A stretch of 64,000 bases of DNA from assembly GCA_012295275.1 (NCBI GenBank), contig CM022673.1, positions 14,880,001 through 14,944,000 of the forward strand, given 5' to 3'. The stretch's first letter is position 1, and each line of letters starts with the position of its first letter. The notes beneath the pieces were generated by a model. It was given only the letters and a program-made list of their open reading frames with translations, made no database searches and had not been told where the DNA came from. The translations under genes were made by a program, and so were the position numbers. This DNA is from Chrysomallon squamiferum. Lineage: Eukaryota > Animalia > Mollusca. This document shows positions 35,701 through 49,325 of this stretch, piece by piece.

Positions 35701-36240
35701 TTAAAAATGTTTGGTTGTTCGATAAATATTGTGTTACCATTAAAAAAAATGAAACTGAGAAAAAGGTCTGGTACATCTAAGTAAGTTCTCAGGTCATGTT
35801 ATTCCTCATCTAAAACCTATGCAATGCACAGAGTTATTGCAGATTCAACTTTTTGCTGAAAATGACAGAGGCTTTAGCAAGAGAATTTTATGTTGAAATT
35901 AATAACATCACCTGAACAAAACCCCAGTTACATGTTATCAATGATTTGTTTCCAATTCAAGCAAAGAGAAAGATTCTATACTCATAAGAGCTCATTTAAA
36001 TGTTCTTAGAAATAATTTAATCAGAGAATAAAGGATTATTTGCTTGTAACCATGGTTCCATACAGTCAATAAATAATATAAGAAAAAAGTTAGGCCAATA
36101 ATTTATTTTATGCCAAGGAATTTTTCACTTTCCAACATGTTTCAGTTAAATTGATAGAAACACGGAATACTGGTTGCACTGTGACAATAACAAGACAGTT
36201 CACTATTGACAAATGTTTATTACACAAGTGACAACAGTTT

Positions 36241-39200
36241 CTAGCTTGGTTCTCCTCGACCTCTACCAAATCCTCCTCTTCCTCTGCCAAACCCACCGCT
36301 AGCTCCTCCCCTCTGTAAAACAAAATTCATTGGTTTATTTTCTTACTTCACAAACACACGGATCTAACAATGTTAACATCTACTTTGCAACTGGATACTT
36401 TCTTGTAACCAAAAAGAAAATTATAAAAATGTTTATAAACTGAAAGATTTTCATTATGTTTTGTTGTTGTTTAATGTGTATAAAATTGTATATGACAACT
36501 GAATAAAAATAAATACAAATATTTTGAATAAATGTAAGTAGCTCCACAACATATTTCACTAGTTACTGTCCAAATTCACTTCTTTTTTAAATTATAAAGT
36601 CTTACTGACCAGATGACAAAAATAAAAACTTACAAACTGAAACGATTCCTGTGCACCTGCCCCAGCCTCAGCTTTCTTGTCTCCTGCCCCTGCTGAAATA
36701 GACAATAACAAAAACACACTTCAAAAACACATACCAGAACAAAACATGAAGTAGAATACAGAATGACATGTACCTCCAAAATAAATATAATATTCAGTTT
36801 AAGTTTTAATTATATCAATATATATTTATACTAATAGTACAAACACACTGACACATTGGTAAAAGTGGGAAAAAAAAGCAGCTAAGCATTGCTGTGTGTT
36901 TAAAATACAAGTCAGATATTACAACAGTCTACATCAGCATTTTCAAGGCAGGTACTTGACCTTTGGTGGGTAATGAGTATTCAGACTTAATAAATCAGTC
37001 ACAGCTCAGCAGTTTTCAGCAGTAACACTCAAGTGATGCCTCTTAAGGTTGTAACTAAAAAGCTGCCTTCATATGAATGTGTGTGTGTGTGTGTCTGTGG
37101 GTGTGGTACAAACTGCAGCGCCTTGAATCAAGGTGGGAGTGTACTATCTGTTTTGAAAATCAACAAGAGGCATGGGACAAAAATAAAAAAAAACTGAAGA
37201 ACACTTGTATACATGAAATGGTGTGTTTAAAATTAGAGTTTAAAAGTGAAAACATACGTGGTCCTGTTTTCCTGTATTCCTGTCTGTCTCTGTCCATACC
37301 AGGTCTTGCTGGGCCCTCAGGTCCTGAAAAATTAAAAAATTAAAAATTAAAATTTCATTTATTACTTAATATTTAACCAGGAAAATAAATTCTAGATATT
37401 ATAATTTATAAGACATGTATTCAGAGTAAATTACCATATTACAATAAACAGTCAAATCTTGGTAAGTTGAAATAGAAGAGGTAGCAAGAACTGCTCAAGT
37501 TTCGCAGTGTTTGAACATCCAAATTTCAAATATTTACTTAAGTTTTGAAGGACAAGCAATGTATGTTTCATATTGCAAGAAAAACACTTGTGTATTTGAT
37601 ACAGTAAACAAAATAAATGAAAGACAAATCAAATGAATGTGACAAATATTCATGCAAACGTATGTTCATGAATATGAAAAGATGCTTTCTGATATATACA
37701 TTATGAAAACAAACTGAAACCTGTAACTGGAAATAAATACCACATTCATGTATTTTCAGATTTCCAAAGTTCTTGGAATATAATTAATCCTTACTGAACT
37801 ATCAGAAGCACTAGCTGTACAGTATACATATTTGAAATCACATACACATATATGAAAAAACTATTATATCACAAACATTCTACCAAAAAAATAAAGATAA
37901 AAAGCACTAACTAAATTACTAATGAACAGAAGTATACTTATAATAGGTACTGGCAGCCTAAATTTTAAATCATTTAATTTTATATAAGAAAATAAGTATA
38001 AAATGAAAGTTGGAGAAAAAACAAACAAAACACACAAAGAATTATGGCTGTCTCTACTGGTTCAAAAGAAGCATGCAAATCAGTACAATAGGTAATTGGT
38101 CATTTTTTTTTTTACTGTGTTTTGGCAAATTGAAGGAAAGAGCAATTTTGGCCAACTGTAGTTTGAAAAATACTATGCTGGCATCAACTTCTTAAACAAG
38201 CTTATTTATTTGCAGTTGTAAGTTATCTGCAATAATATGTTGTGCATGTCCTATTTGTCAAAATGGAATTTGTCAGAATCCCCCTAAAATGATTAAAAGT
38301 GCAAACAGACACTGGTTTCAGTTTTGATCTTGTTTGAACAATTTCTCAAGATCTTTCAAATGACATATTCGAGTCTAACAAGATAAAGCCCATAAAAAAA
38401 AAAAGCCTTTTGAATTTGAAGTAAAAATGTGACCAAGTGCAGCCTTACATTCAGTCCACAGCAACCATATATCTTTTGGGCACCGTAAGTCCCAAAACAA
38501 GTCGGGGTAGTTTCAGCAAGAATTAATTAAAATTTAACATTTATTTGTTGTTTATAGTTTAAAAAGCAGCTGATATGCCATTGTCACTGAAAGAATTTTT
38601 TTAAATTTTTTTTTTTTTTTTATCATTTTTAATTTTTTGGTTATAGTTGAACATGTTTGAACATCCTATGCATTTTTTTTTATTGTCACATTGCATTTTA
38701 AAGGTGATTAAATGACACAGGGGTGACCATTTAAAATTTTAAAAATCAACAAGAAAACCAAACCGATAAGAGTCAAACACCTATATATAGCACAGCACAA
38801 CTTTATTTACACTCTTGTTAAATAATTAGTAGTAATAAGTTAAAATACCCTGTTGTGTACATATCTGTATTCATATATAAATGTTATTTAAAACAAATAT
38901 AAGCATTTGATGTTGAACTATAATGCTCTGCAATACATAAACTCAGCTAATAATAGGAGTCTACTCCAGAAACATGTTGCATTTACTAATTAAGGGCAAT
39001 AAAATGTACGTAATCATGACACTAAAGGCAATTAAAGTTGAAATTTTCTCTGATGCAGCTAATCAACAAGAAAGAATAATCTACATTTTAAAACTGATAA
39101 ATTTTATGATATTAAAAAGGTGATTAGTTTTTTAATTCAGCATGCTACCAATACCTCTGGTACTTGGATTCACAGAATACATCGTACTGTTGTGTAGTAT

Positions 39201-39958
39201 AGTTTGTTATGTTTACAATTCTTAACTCACCATTTATCACTGACCATGGGAAAATGTATACAAACTGGCATAAAGATGAAATAAATTACCAACCTTTGGG
39301 TCTTGGTCTGGCTGTTTCTGGGCGTGTCTGACGTTTGAGGGTGGCAGGGACAATTTCTGCAGGCAGATGTAAGAAGTCTCTCAGGTACTGAATTCCCTCG
39401 TTTGTCAAATACCAGTAGAAATGTCGCCAAGCAAACTGCTCTCTCACAAAGCCTCGCGACTTCAAACTCTGTAAAAAATTAGTAAATGTAATTACAATTT
39501 TAAAAATTGCTATTTCATTATAAATTTGTTATTATGCTTTTTACTTCTTATTCATCTCGATATTCTGAGATTAACAGGAACACTTTGTTTTTAAACACTG
39601 GACATCTGTGTCATATATGCTCTTATGAACACCATTTAGTGAAGATTTTTTTTTATTAAATGATTCATTTACACATTTTCTAGGTATTAAAGAGATTTAG
39701 AAAAATGATGGGTGGAAATGTTATGATTTCCCAACAAAAGATATGCAACATACTACTTCTCATAGCACACTTTTTAAACATTATCTGTACTAAAATGTAA
39801 ATGGACATGACACTCACTGTGCAAGCCTTAATAACATGGAGGTTTGGCACATCAACCTCAGGATGGCGCTGAGCAAAAAAATCTCTTTTAGCCACCATGA
39901 CACCCTCTTTGAAGAGGTACTCATAGATGGCAACTCGGTTCTTCTTGGGCATCAACAT
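36241..39958 (-). CDS. RPS10: 40S ribosomal protein S10 (eS10). Exons 39958-39818, 39468-39294, 37323-37258, 36692-36634, 36312-36241
   Basis: [86 protein letters not shown]; splice phases are consistent. Confidence 0.97.
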
Positions 39959-40636
39959 ACTGAGAAGAAAAAAATAATAATAATAAAGAAATACCTCTAT
40001 AATACAACAAGTTGTACATGCTAAGTGCTGGTAACATACTGCATAGTGCATACTGTTTTAAGTGTTTCAGTTATTATTTAAAACTGTTGTATACTTAATG
40101 CCTAATAACGAATTAAAATACACCACCTATTAGTATCAAAAAAAAATCTATTTCATAGTCAAATTAAGAGGAACAAGCTGTCCTTACCAGTATCATGATG
40201 TTATTAAAAATCGAATTTCGGAATTAATAATTTAGTGGCCATATTAAAGTTACTTAGTTATAATAACACCTCACTCATTTAGAATTTTAGTTACAATTTC
40301 AAAGCCCCTGTAAAACATAATCAAAGTAAAATATATATTTTTTTTATCATGCCCAATTTTTTTATTTTTTTTTCTGCTTAGCTGCTATTTCCTGATGTAA
40401 CTGTATAGAAGTTTTCTACATTAACACACATAGTCGAGATAGGTCTTAGACACCAACACCGATCTGTTAGTCTAGTTATTATCATCAAATATATAATTAT
40501 GTATTATAAATATGTGTACGAAATTGCAACATCATTTTTGAAAAACCGTTATAAATTCATTTTATTGACTTAAAACAAATGATGTTAGGGCTAATGGCAA
40601 AGATAGTTGAGATAACAAACTTGGTTTTGAACATAC

Positions 40637-40672
40637 ATGCTAACAGATAAGTCACCAAACCGGAAAAGGAAG
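40637..40672 (-). promoter_or_regulatory. RPS10: RPS10 non-coding first exon with a TCT/5'-TOP initiator
   Basis: Minus strand CTTCCTTTTCCGG from 40672, followed by a GTATGT donor at 40636. The coding exon has an acceptor 1 nt before the ATG. Confidence 0.75.
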
Positions 40673-40761
40673 CGTAAAGCTTTTACTCGTTACGCTTAAA
40701 TTAAAGTATACAACTGTGAACCAGTTAATCAACAAGTCCACCTTTTGCATGTTGACGTAAA

Positions 40762-43700
40762 ATGTATAACCACATATGTGATCGTGTTCAGCCCAAAACT
40801 CAGTTTTATTTCACAATATTAATTTTCTTTATATTTTCCTGTCCTCTTAATGCTGATACAATTTTGAAATTTTCGGAAAACGACTTCAATAAGTACAGGT
40901 ACATAATAATTAATATACTACTCTACTGGTACTACTATATAAATTATTATGTATATTTTTTATTGTCACAGGAGATGTCGTTGAGTTTAATGATTAATCT
41001 TCCCTTAAATTTAACATTATTGTTACTGCAGTTGACTAGAAAGGTTAATGGTAAGTCATTAATATATAACTGACAATAAAAAATGTCATGAAATGTATAT
41101 ATTATATATAAATTATAATTTGTATTTAGACGATGTAATATTGAAGTGTAAACTCGATACCCCTATGCACAAGAAAGCTAGACTTGTAATTTGTGTGAAC
41201 TGTCCTATTAAAATTCGGACATAATTTTTATTGTATGTTATTTTAAATTACAGGGATCGTGTTGTTAACATGTTCAATCATGCATATGAAGGTTATTTAA
41301 AACACGCCTACCCCTATGATGAATTAAAGCCACTGTCCTGCAATGGACATGATACCTGGGGAAGGTAAGTGGTTCCGTGAAGCTGAATAATTGTTTCAAG
41401 GGTCTTTTACTGATTATGTTGTGAGGAAGGCTAGAAATACATTATAAACAACTGAACCATTTATTAAAAATAAAATATATTTTGTTGCTAATAGATATAA
41501 TATAATTTTCAATATTTGTTTCATAGCAGATGATTAAAAAAAATATAAATAAAAATTAATAATAATATATTTTTTTTAAAAGAGTCTTCAGTGCACTCTG
41601 CTGTTGTTGTCAGTACATTTTTTTTTATCCAAAACATTATTATCTTCTTTTGTCATAAAATATTCCATGTGCAGTTTTATGGTTATTTGACATTTCAGTT
41701 TATTTGTAAATAATTATATTGTAAATAGAAATATTCTCTCATGTACACATTTTTCTTACAGTTACTCTCTCACTCTGATAGATGCTCTTGACACACTGGT
41801 GATCATGGGAAACAACTCTGAATTCCGCAGAATTGCCCAAGTTCTGATTGACAGCTCAGCTAATTTGTTTGATATAGATATCAATGCCTCTGTATTTGAA
41901 ACCAACATCAGAGGTTAGATAAAATTAATTTTCTTTTTAAAAACAACACCCAATATATTATTCTTGTTTCACCTAAATTACCATGATATTCTCATGGAGA
42001 CTGTTTGTTATATATTCATATTACATTTTGGATGCTTGAAAGTTGTAGTTGTGTGTTGTTTGCTATCAATATCTATTTGTAGTTGTGTGTTGTTTGATGT
42101 AAGAATATATGTTTAATATTTTTTGTTGTCTGTTGTTTGATGTCAGTATATATGTTTAATATTTGTAGTTATGTGTTGTTTTATGTAAGTGTATATGTTG
42201 TGTGTTGTTTGATGTAAGAATATATGTTTAATATTTGTAGTTATGTGTTGTTTTATGTAAGTGTATATGTTGTGTGTTGTTTGTTGTATATAGTTGTGGT
42301 TAGTTTGCTGTGAGTATATGTGTTTAATAATTGTAGTTGTGGGTGGTTTGCTGTCCGCTCACTTGTTTCAGAAGAGAGCTGGAATGGAGCTGGAGCCCGG
42401 CTGGCCTTGTTCTGGTCCTCTGCTCCGCATGGCAGAAAATATAGCAAGAAAACTTCTCCCAGGTAAACATCTACATACTTACATAATCACTGATGAAGTT
42501 CTAGACATGTTAAAATATAAATAGTCTTTTTATTAAATTATTTATTTGTTTACAACTTTATTTACTTAATTGAATACGTTAGTTTTATTTTTTTTGCAAA
42601 AGTGATTTTATTTGTAATTTCCAGTTTTTTAACGTTTTGTTCATTTTCTGTCTTACAGCGTTTGATACACCAACAGGTATGCCATACGGCACAGTTAACC
42701 TGCGATACGGGGTTCCTAGAGGGGAGACAACTGTGACGTGTACTGCAGGAGTTGGCACTTTTATTATTGAGTTTGCGTCACTGAGTCGACTCACTGGAGA
42801 TCCAATCTTTGAGAAAGTGGCAATGAGGGCTCTGCGAGCATTGTGGGATACCCGCTCTGAAATAGGATTAGTATGTGACCAGACTCAGTTTATCCAGATT
42901 TAGAAAATAATCTGTTACCTTTTTTTCTTTCTTGTTTTAAAAATTTAATTTCTTGTTCATGTAAAACAAAATCAACATTTTTTTTATTTTGTTTTTACAA
43001 CAGATTAAATCAAATAAATCGCTCAAATAATGTAAGCACAAAGTCACTGATTTAATGTAAACTGCTTGCTATATTAATGTAAAAGAAGTCGCGATAATAA
43101 TATAAGTTAGTCATTGTATTAATGTAAAAGAAGTTGATGTATTAATGTAAGCTAGTCACTATATAATGTAAAAGAAGTCACTATATTAATGTAAAAGAAG
43201 TCACTATATTAATGTTTTGATTCAGGTTGGAAATCACATTGATGTGTCAGATGGGAAGTGGACAGCACTGGACTCAGGTGTTGGGGGAGGAATTGATTCA
43301 TATTTTGAGTATCTCGTGAAAGGATCCATCATGTTCCACATTCCTGAACTGAGAAATGATCCATCATGTTCCAATATTCCTGAACTGCTTGAAATGTTTT
43401 AATAAAAGTAACATTTTCATAAATACCATCTGTAGTGTCTTGATAAATGTTGTCTGTTGATAAATGTTATTTTGATTTAACTGTTTTTTAGACTGTGTAT
43501 GGTGTAAACTGATATGTTAAAATGTATAGATGAAATGTTTTTTTTCTTACAGAGTATGAGAAAATAATCGAGAAACACTTGAAAAGGGACGACTGGTACA
43601 TGTGGGCACATATGAAGAAAGGGGGAATAACTCTTCCTCTGTTTACATCTTTAGATTGTTACTTACCTGGAATACAGGTAACACAGACAAGTTGTAATCA

Positions 43701-46319
43701 CATTACACAGAATATTTGTATTAAATGTGAATATTTTAATTCTGAGTTCACTAATCTTTTTATAATGATCAGCATTTTCTGAATTACTCTTATGTTAATA
43801 TGTAAGAAAGAAAAAATTATTTTAATAGTTTAACTTAGTAATTTTATTTATTGCAGTGTCTGCTGGGAGACATTGAAAAAGCAATGAAAACAATTCACAA
43901 CTTTCATCAGGTGTGGAAACAGTTTGGGTTTATGCCTGAATATTACAACATTCCAAAATCTGAGGTCCATCACAACAGAGAGGGTTACCCTCTTCGTCCA
44001 GGTATGTTTGTGTCTGTGTGTCAGTGTTCAGTTGTGGGTAATATATATGTGTTTCTATTTATATATAAATATATCTGTGTGTGTATGGGTAGGTTTCAGT
44101 GTGTATGTCTGTAAGTATATGTCAATGTATGTGTCTTTGTATTTATTTGCATGTGTCAGTGTTTTTTTTTATATGTTTATGAGTTTGGAAGTCAGTGTGT
44201 GTATGTTAGTAAATATATATGTGTGATTTTGTGAGTAATATATATGTGTGTGTAATATATATGTACATATGTAGGTGTTTGTATGTGCATGTGTTTCAGT
44301 GTGTATTTATATGAATGTGTCACTCTATTTATTTTCATGCATTTCTGTCTTTATATGTTTGAGCTGGAAGTCTGTGTATGTATGTCTAGGTGTTTTGAAA
44401 TAGGATTAATATGGGAATGTTGTGCATATGTGTAATTAATTTTATGATACATGTATGTTGAATTATTTTCTCTCATAATAATGGTCACATTAAAATTATT
44501 TGTATCACTAAGGTATATGTTATTTTATTATTTTAAACACATTTTTAATCTAATTAGCTGTTAGTTCATCATATTCAGTTTGTATAAAACACATCAGTGC
44601 ATATTTACATTTACTGGTGTAAAACATAATTTAATTGTTTTATTTTTACTATTTCAGAGCTAATAGAGAGTGTTGTGTATCTCTATCAGGCTACAAAAGA
44701 TCCATACTTACTTGAGATTGGAGTTGACATCTTGGAATCTATAGAACACAGTGCCAAAACTTCCTGTGGATATGCAACAGTAAGTGCAGATCTTTTATAC
44801 TGCATATTATTTTATACAAACATTTATTTCAAATTACTTTTGTTATTTTATATAGTAAATAAATTCATTATTTTAAACATTAAATAACAAAATATTTATT
44901 TCAAATTACTTTGTTATTTTATATAGAAATAAATGTATTACTTTAGACATTACTTATAAATATTAATTATGAATTACCTTTTTATTTTAAATAGGAATAA
45001 ATATATTATTTTAAGAATTAATTACAAATGTTTATTTTTATTAGTTTGTTATTTTACATACTAAGTAAAGATATTAAACTGAACAGCAAATTAAACTGTA
45101 AAATTTCTAACTTTTAAATTAGCTTATGTAGTAAAAAGAGAATTGTGATTATTTTTAGATTAAAGATGTCAGAGACCATCGCCTAGAAGACAGAATGGAG
45201 TCTTTTTTTCTGGCTGAAACAGCTAAATATTTGTACTTGTTGTTTGACAAAGACAACTTCATTCACAATTCTGGTGGTCGCGGCACAGTGATTGAGACCC
45301 CCAATGGAGAATGTATCATTGATACGGGTGGGTACATCTTCAACACTGAGGCTCACCCCCTCGACCTGGCTGCAGTTCACTGCTGCAGTGCTGAGAAGAA
45401 GGAGGAGAATTACATCATACAACAGTTCCACGACAACCTCAACCTCCTCGAACTGTTGGACATCTCCACAGAGAAACAGACGTCCAAACTTGGACGCAGA
45501 CTGAAAAGCAAGTTTGTAAGAAGTAATCAAGATGCAGACGAAAAAGGAAAAGATAACTCTGTGAAAAATGAAAAAACTGCTTCACTCAAGGAAAACAAAC
45601 TTGAAACATTAGACACTGGTTCACAAGAACAAAATAAACATGGAACATTAGAAGACAGTTCACTCAGTGAAAACAAACAAAAAACATTTGACTCTGGTTC
45701 ACAAAATGAAAATAATGATGAAACATTAGGTAGTGGTTCATACAGTGAACATAAACATGAAACATTAGACAGTAATCCACACAATAGAGATAAAACTTTA
45801 GAAGATAGTTCACACCATGAAAATAGAAATAATATATTAGAAGATAGTTCACAGAGACAAAATGAACAGCACACAGCGGACAGACCTATGACGCCACAAG
45901 TGACAACACAACACGAAGAGAGGAAACTGTCAGAAGACAAAACAGAGCTGGAGAAACCAGGAAAGATTTATCCACAAACCCCTGATGCTTCATTTAGTGA
46001 CAGGTCAACTTCAAAAGAAGGGATGAAAGTTCTTGTTAAAGAGGACAGAAGTGAAAAGTCAGTAATAAACCTACAGCAGAAGACAGAGGGAGGTTTCAAA
46101 CTCAGTTTCGCCAATCAGCTTATGGATCTGTTGTCAAGTCTGACATCGTCAAACACAAACACAACTCATCATCCAAACATGAATCACCTGTATTTGACTT
46201 TGAGAAACTACTCACTCAACTACTACTCAAAACCTGAAATCTTACACTGCCCTGCACAACCCTTCCACATGAGAATATCCGTACTAGGCGAAATGTTTGA
46301 CGATCAAACCGATATTTAA
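40762..46319 (+). CDS. EDEM2: ER degradation-enhancing alpha-mannosidase-like protein 2 (GH47). Exons 40762-40898, 41254-41364, 41762-41913, 42337-42462, 42659-42870, 43226-~43407, 43553-43677, 43857-44001, 44658-44779, 45159-46319
   Basis: [71 protein letters not shown] (EDEM2-like), [48 protein letters not shown]. Exon 6 carries a local duplication and stop. Confidence 0.93.
42040..42340. repeat. Degenerate minisatellite of about 40-45 bp units in EDEM2 intron 3
   Basis: Recurrent TTGTAGTTRTGTGTTGTTT..ATATATGTTTAATAT units. Confidence 0.7.
43070..43216. repeat. Minisatellite of about 23 bp units in EDEM2 intron 5
   Basis: Repeats of TATTAATGTAAAAGAAGTCACTA. Confidence 0.7.
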
Positions 46320-46395
46320 ATATTGTTTTTAAACTTAATATATAACGTTTGTCCTCTTTGATATTGCTCAGAGTGTCTTTGTGTGTGTGTGCAAG

Positions 46396-46630
<235 letters not shown>

Positions 46631-47160
46631 TAATAACATGACAAACATGGTTTCAGAATAATTGATTCTGTATGTGTGCTGTTTAGTTTTACAGTCTGTA
46701 TATACTATACAGCATGGTGCTACATAAATATATATAAATGATTTAATCTGTTGGTGTTGACGATGTCTCATTTATGTTAAGAATTTGTAAAATCTTCTAA
46801 ATGAGGAATTCAATTAGCTGAAAACGTGTTTCTAATCTAAATGTACGCAAATGATAATTTGATCAGTCGCGCTCTACTTGTCCGCCATTACTACAGAAAA
46901 GTACTTTCCTGACAAATTTGTCAATTATTCTCTTTCAGTTTGTAGCAATGTCAAATAAACACCACTAAGAAAAACAAATAATAATAAATAAATAAATAAA
47001 TAATAATTATAAATAATAATTAAAAAAATAAAATAAAAATGTGGTGTGTGTTTGTGTGTGTGTGTGTGTATGTGTGTGTGTACTTGAATAAAATTACTAT
47101 AATTTCTTTATATTAGTAAATTTTTCCCAAATTAATTTGGTTTAACTGATACTGCTTTTC

Positions 47161-47247
<87 letters not shown>

Positions 47248-48168
47248 TTATTAGTAGTAGTGGTTGTAAACGTATCATTATTCTTTGTTGTTGTTATTAC
47301 ACTAAATTATTATTATTATTACATTATCATTATCATTTATTTATTTTATTGATTTAATTTATTTTATTTTAGCATAACGAAGTTATGTTTAGTGACTGGG
47401 TTGACATACGTTAATTAGACTGTGACAAGACGAATGTTACGTTTGACAAGTAGTATGTCCTGCTCTGAGTTCGACATGTTAAAGTTTATCTCTCACTCCG
47501 TCTTTGTCCCACTTCGACAATCGACGCGTCTCCTTAATCACATCTCACAAACTAGCGACACCCAATCCACTGTTTTCTGGCCTTGCTGCTATGGAGTGAC
47601 GTTGAGAAATGGCATTCTGGGATACTCTAATGGAAAGCTCGATTGAACAGTTTTAGTAACTGATACTTTTACTTGATTAAGTAATTTGTTATCTATATAT
47701 AGATATCATTCCTTAACCCGTCAATATTTGTTACGATGATAGATAGCAAGAGAGAGAGAGAGAGAGAGAGAGCGCATTACTAAATCGTATTTTATTTTGT
47801 ATCCATCCCGACATTTCTTAATCAATGACGTCACAGGCACGCACCTTTATTATATCCGAAAGAAAGTATTTTCTACAAGGTATTTCAGTTTTAGTTCACC
47901 TCACTAACTCATAATGTGCATTGGTCCTGAAACAAAAAAGTCCACCCGTCCTCTGACGGTTGAAACGTCATAAAAGTAAATAAATTTAAAAAAAAGTAGA
48001 GTAATTTACTGACTGTTCTTGCTGTAAGAGAGGTTTAAATTATTTATTTAATTTTTAAAACTATCCCAGAATGCACTTCACGTTAGTTCTGATTTTGCTC
48101 ACTTTATTTTAACTTCTTTTTAGAAAACTAATTCAGACACAGTTATTTTTAACTTCAAAAGTAACTCG

Positions 48169-48216
<48 letters not shown>

Positions 48217-49325
48217 GAAATCAACAACAATAACGAAATCAATGTCATCAAAAACAGCTACGATAGTAGTAATAACAACAACACCACAACCAACAACAAT
48301 TATTACCAACGCTAATTTACTTTAAAAAAAATATAATTTCACGTATAACTATCATGCATTATTTGTCTGTCGATACGGGTAGACAGAGTCACACCGTCGC
48401 GAGATTTCTCTGCGGGATTTCACACAATTAACAACTCGAGTGGAGACTACTCACGTCAGACGAGTAGACGAAAAGTGTCTGAGGAGATATTTCAATTTTC
48501 CAATTAAGCGTAAAAGCGATGACAAATTAAATCTGAACGCTTTTGTAAAGCAAGTGAGAAACGACAGTCGTTAACGTGCGCAGTTTGATGTCACTGAAAC
48601 AGATTAACTCAATTATTTACTTATTTACAATGCATTTCTTTATTTAGATTTAAAACTGACGTCGCAAGGTAATGATTTATTAATGCACCAGGCGTTTAAT
48701 ATTTAGTAATAATACAATAATAGATATAATAAATAAATAAATAAATAAATAAATAACAACTTGGAATGAGTAAATAATATTTTTAAAAAGTTAAAAGAGA
48801 AATATATTTATCAGAGGACTCGCTGTTCCTGCTTTAGCACACCTATGCTTCCATGATTAGAATTTCAATGTTTGTCGTCAGTCCAGTCACAAATTATGCT
48901 GCCAGTGAACTGATTTGTTTCCGAAGCCAGAAAAGCTGAAAAGATGAAGTGTGGGATAATTACTCTAGATAGAGTTGTGAGACAGAAGTGTTGACAAATT
49001 ATGATTATTGCATAAGGAGAGTTTTGTGTCAGCATTATGACGAGATAACAGTCGCAGTAAATCTTTTCTTCTTCTTCTTCTTCTTCTTCGAACGTCTTTT
49101 CTTGTGAAATAAGTGTCAGGCTACGTCAGATGACTGTCAAAGTCTGTCACTGATAATCACTGTTTCTGACACGAAGCCAGACGAATCTGAGAGAATTACC
49201 AAAGACGATTGTTACCGTATTTGTTTGATCTCTGGCAGTCTCTCAAGATGCTGGAGAAGCATGTTTATATACAATAGATTTGTAAATTTTTATCAAACTG
49301 TTTGACATGGTTATTTTTTAAATGA

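Noticed and set aside
38425-38520. Possible H/ACA snoRNA in an RPS10 intron (TTTTGGG..CCCAAAA hairpin)
   Set aside because: Only one short stem, and no convincing two-hairpin H/ACA layout.
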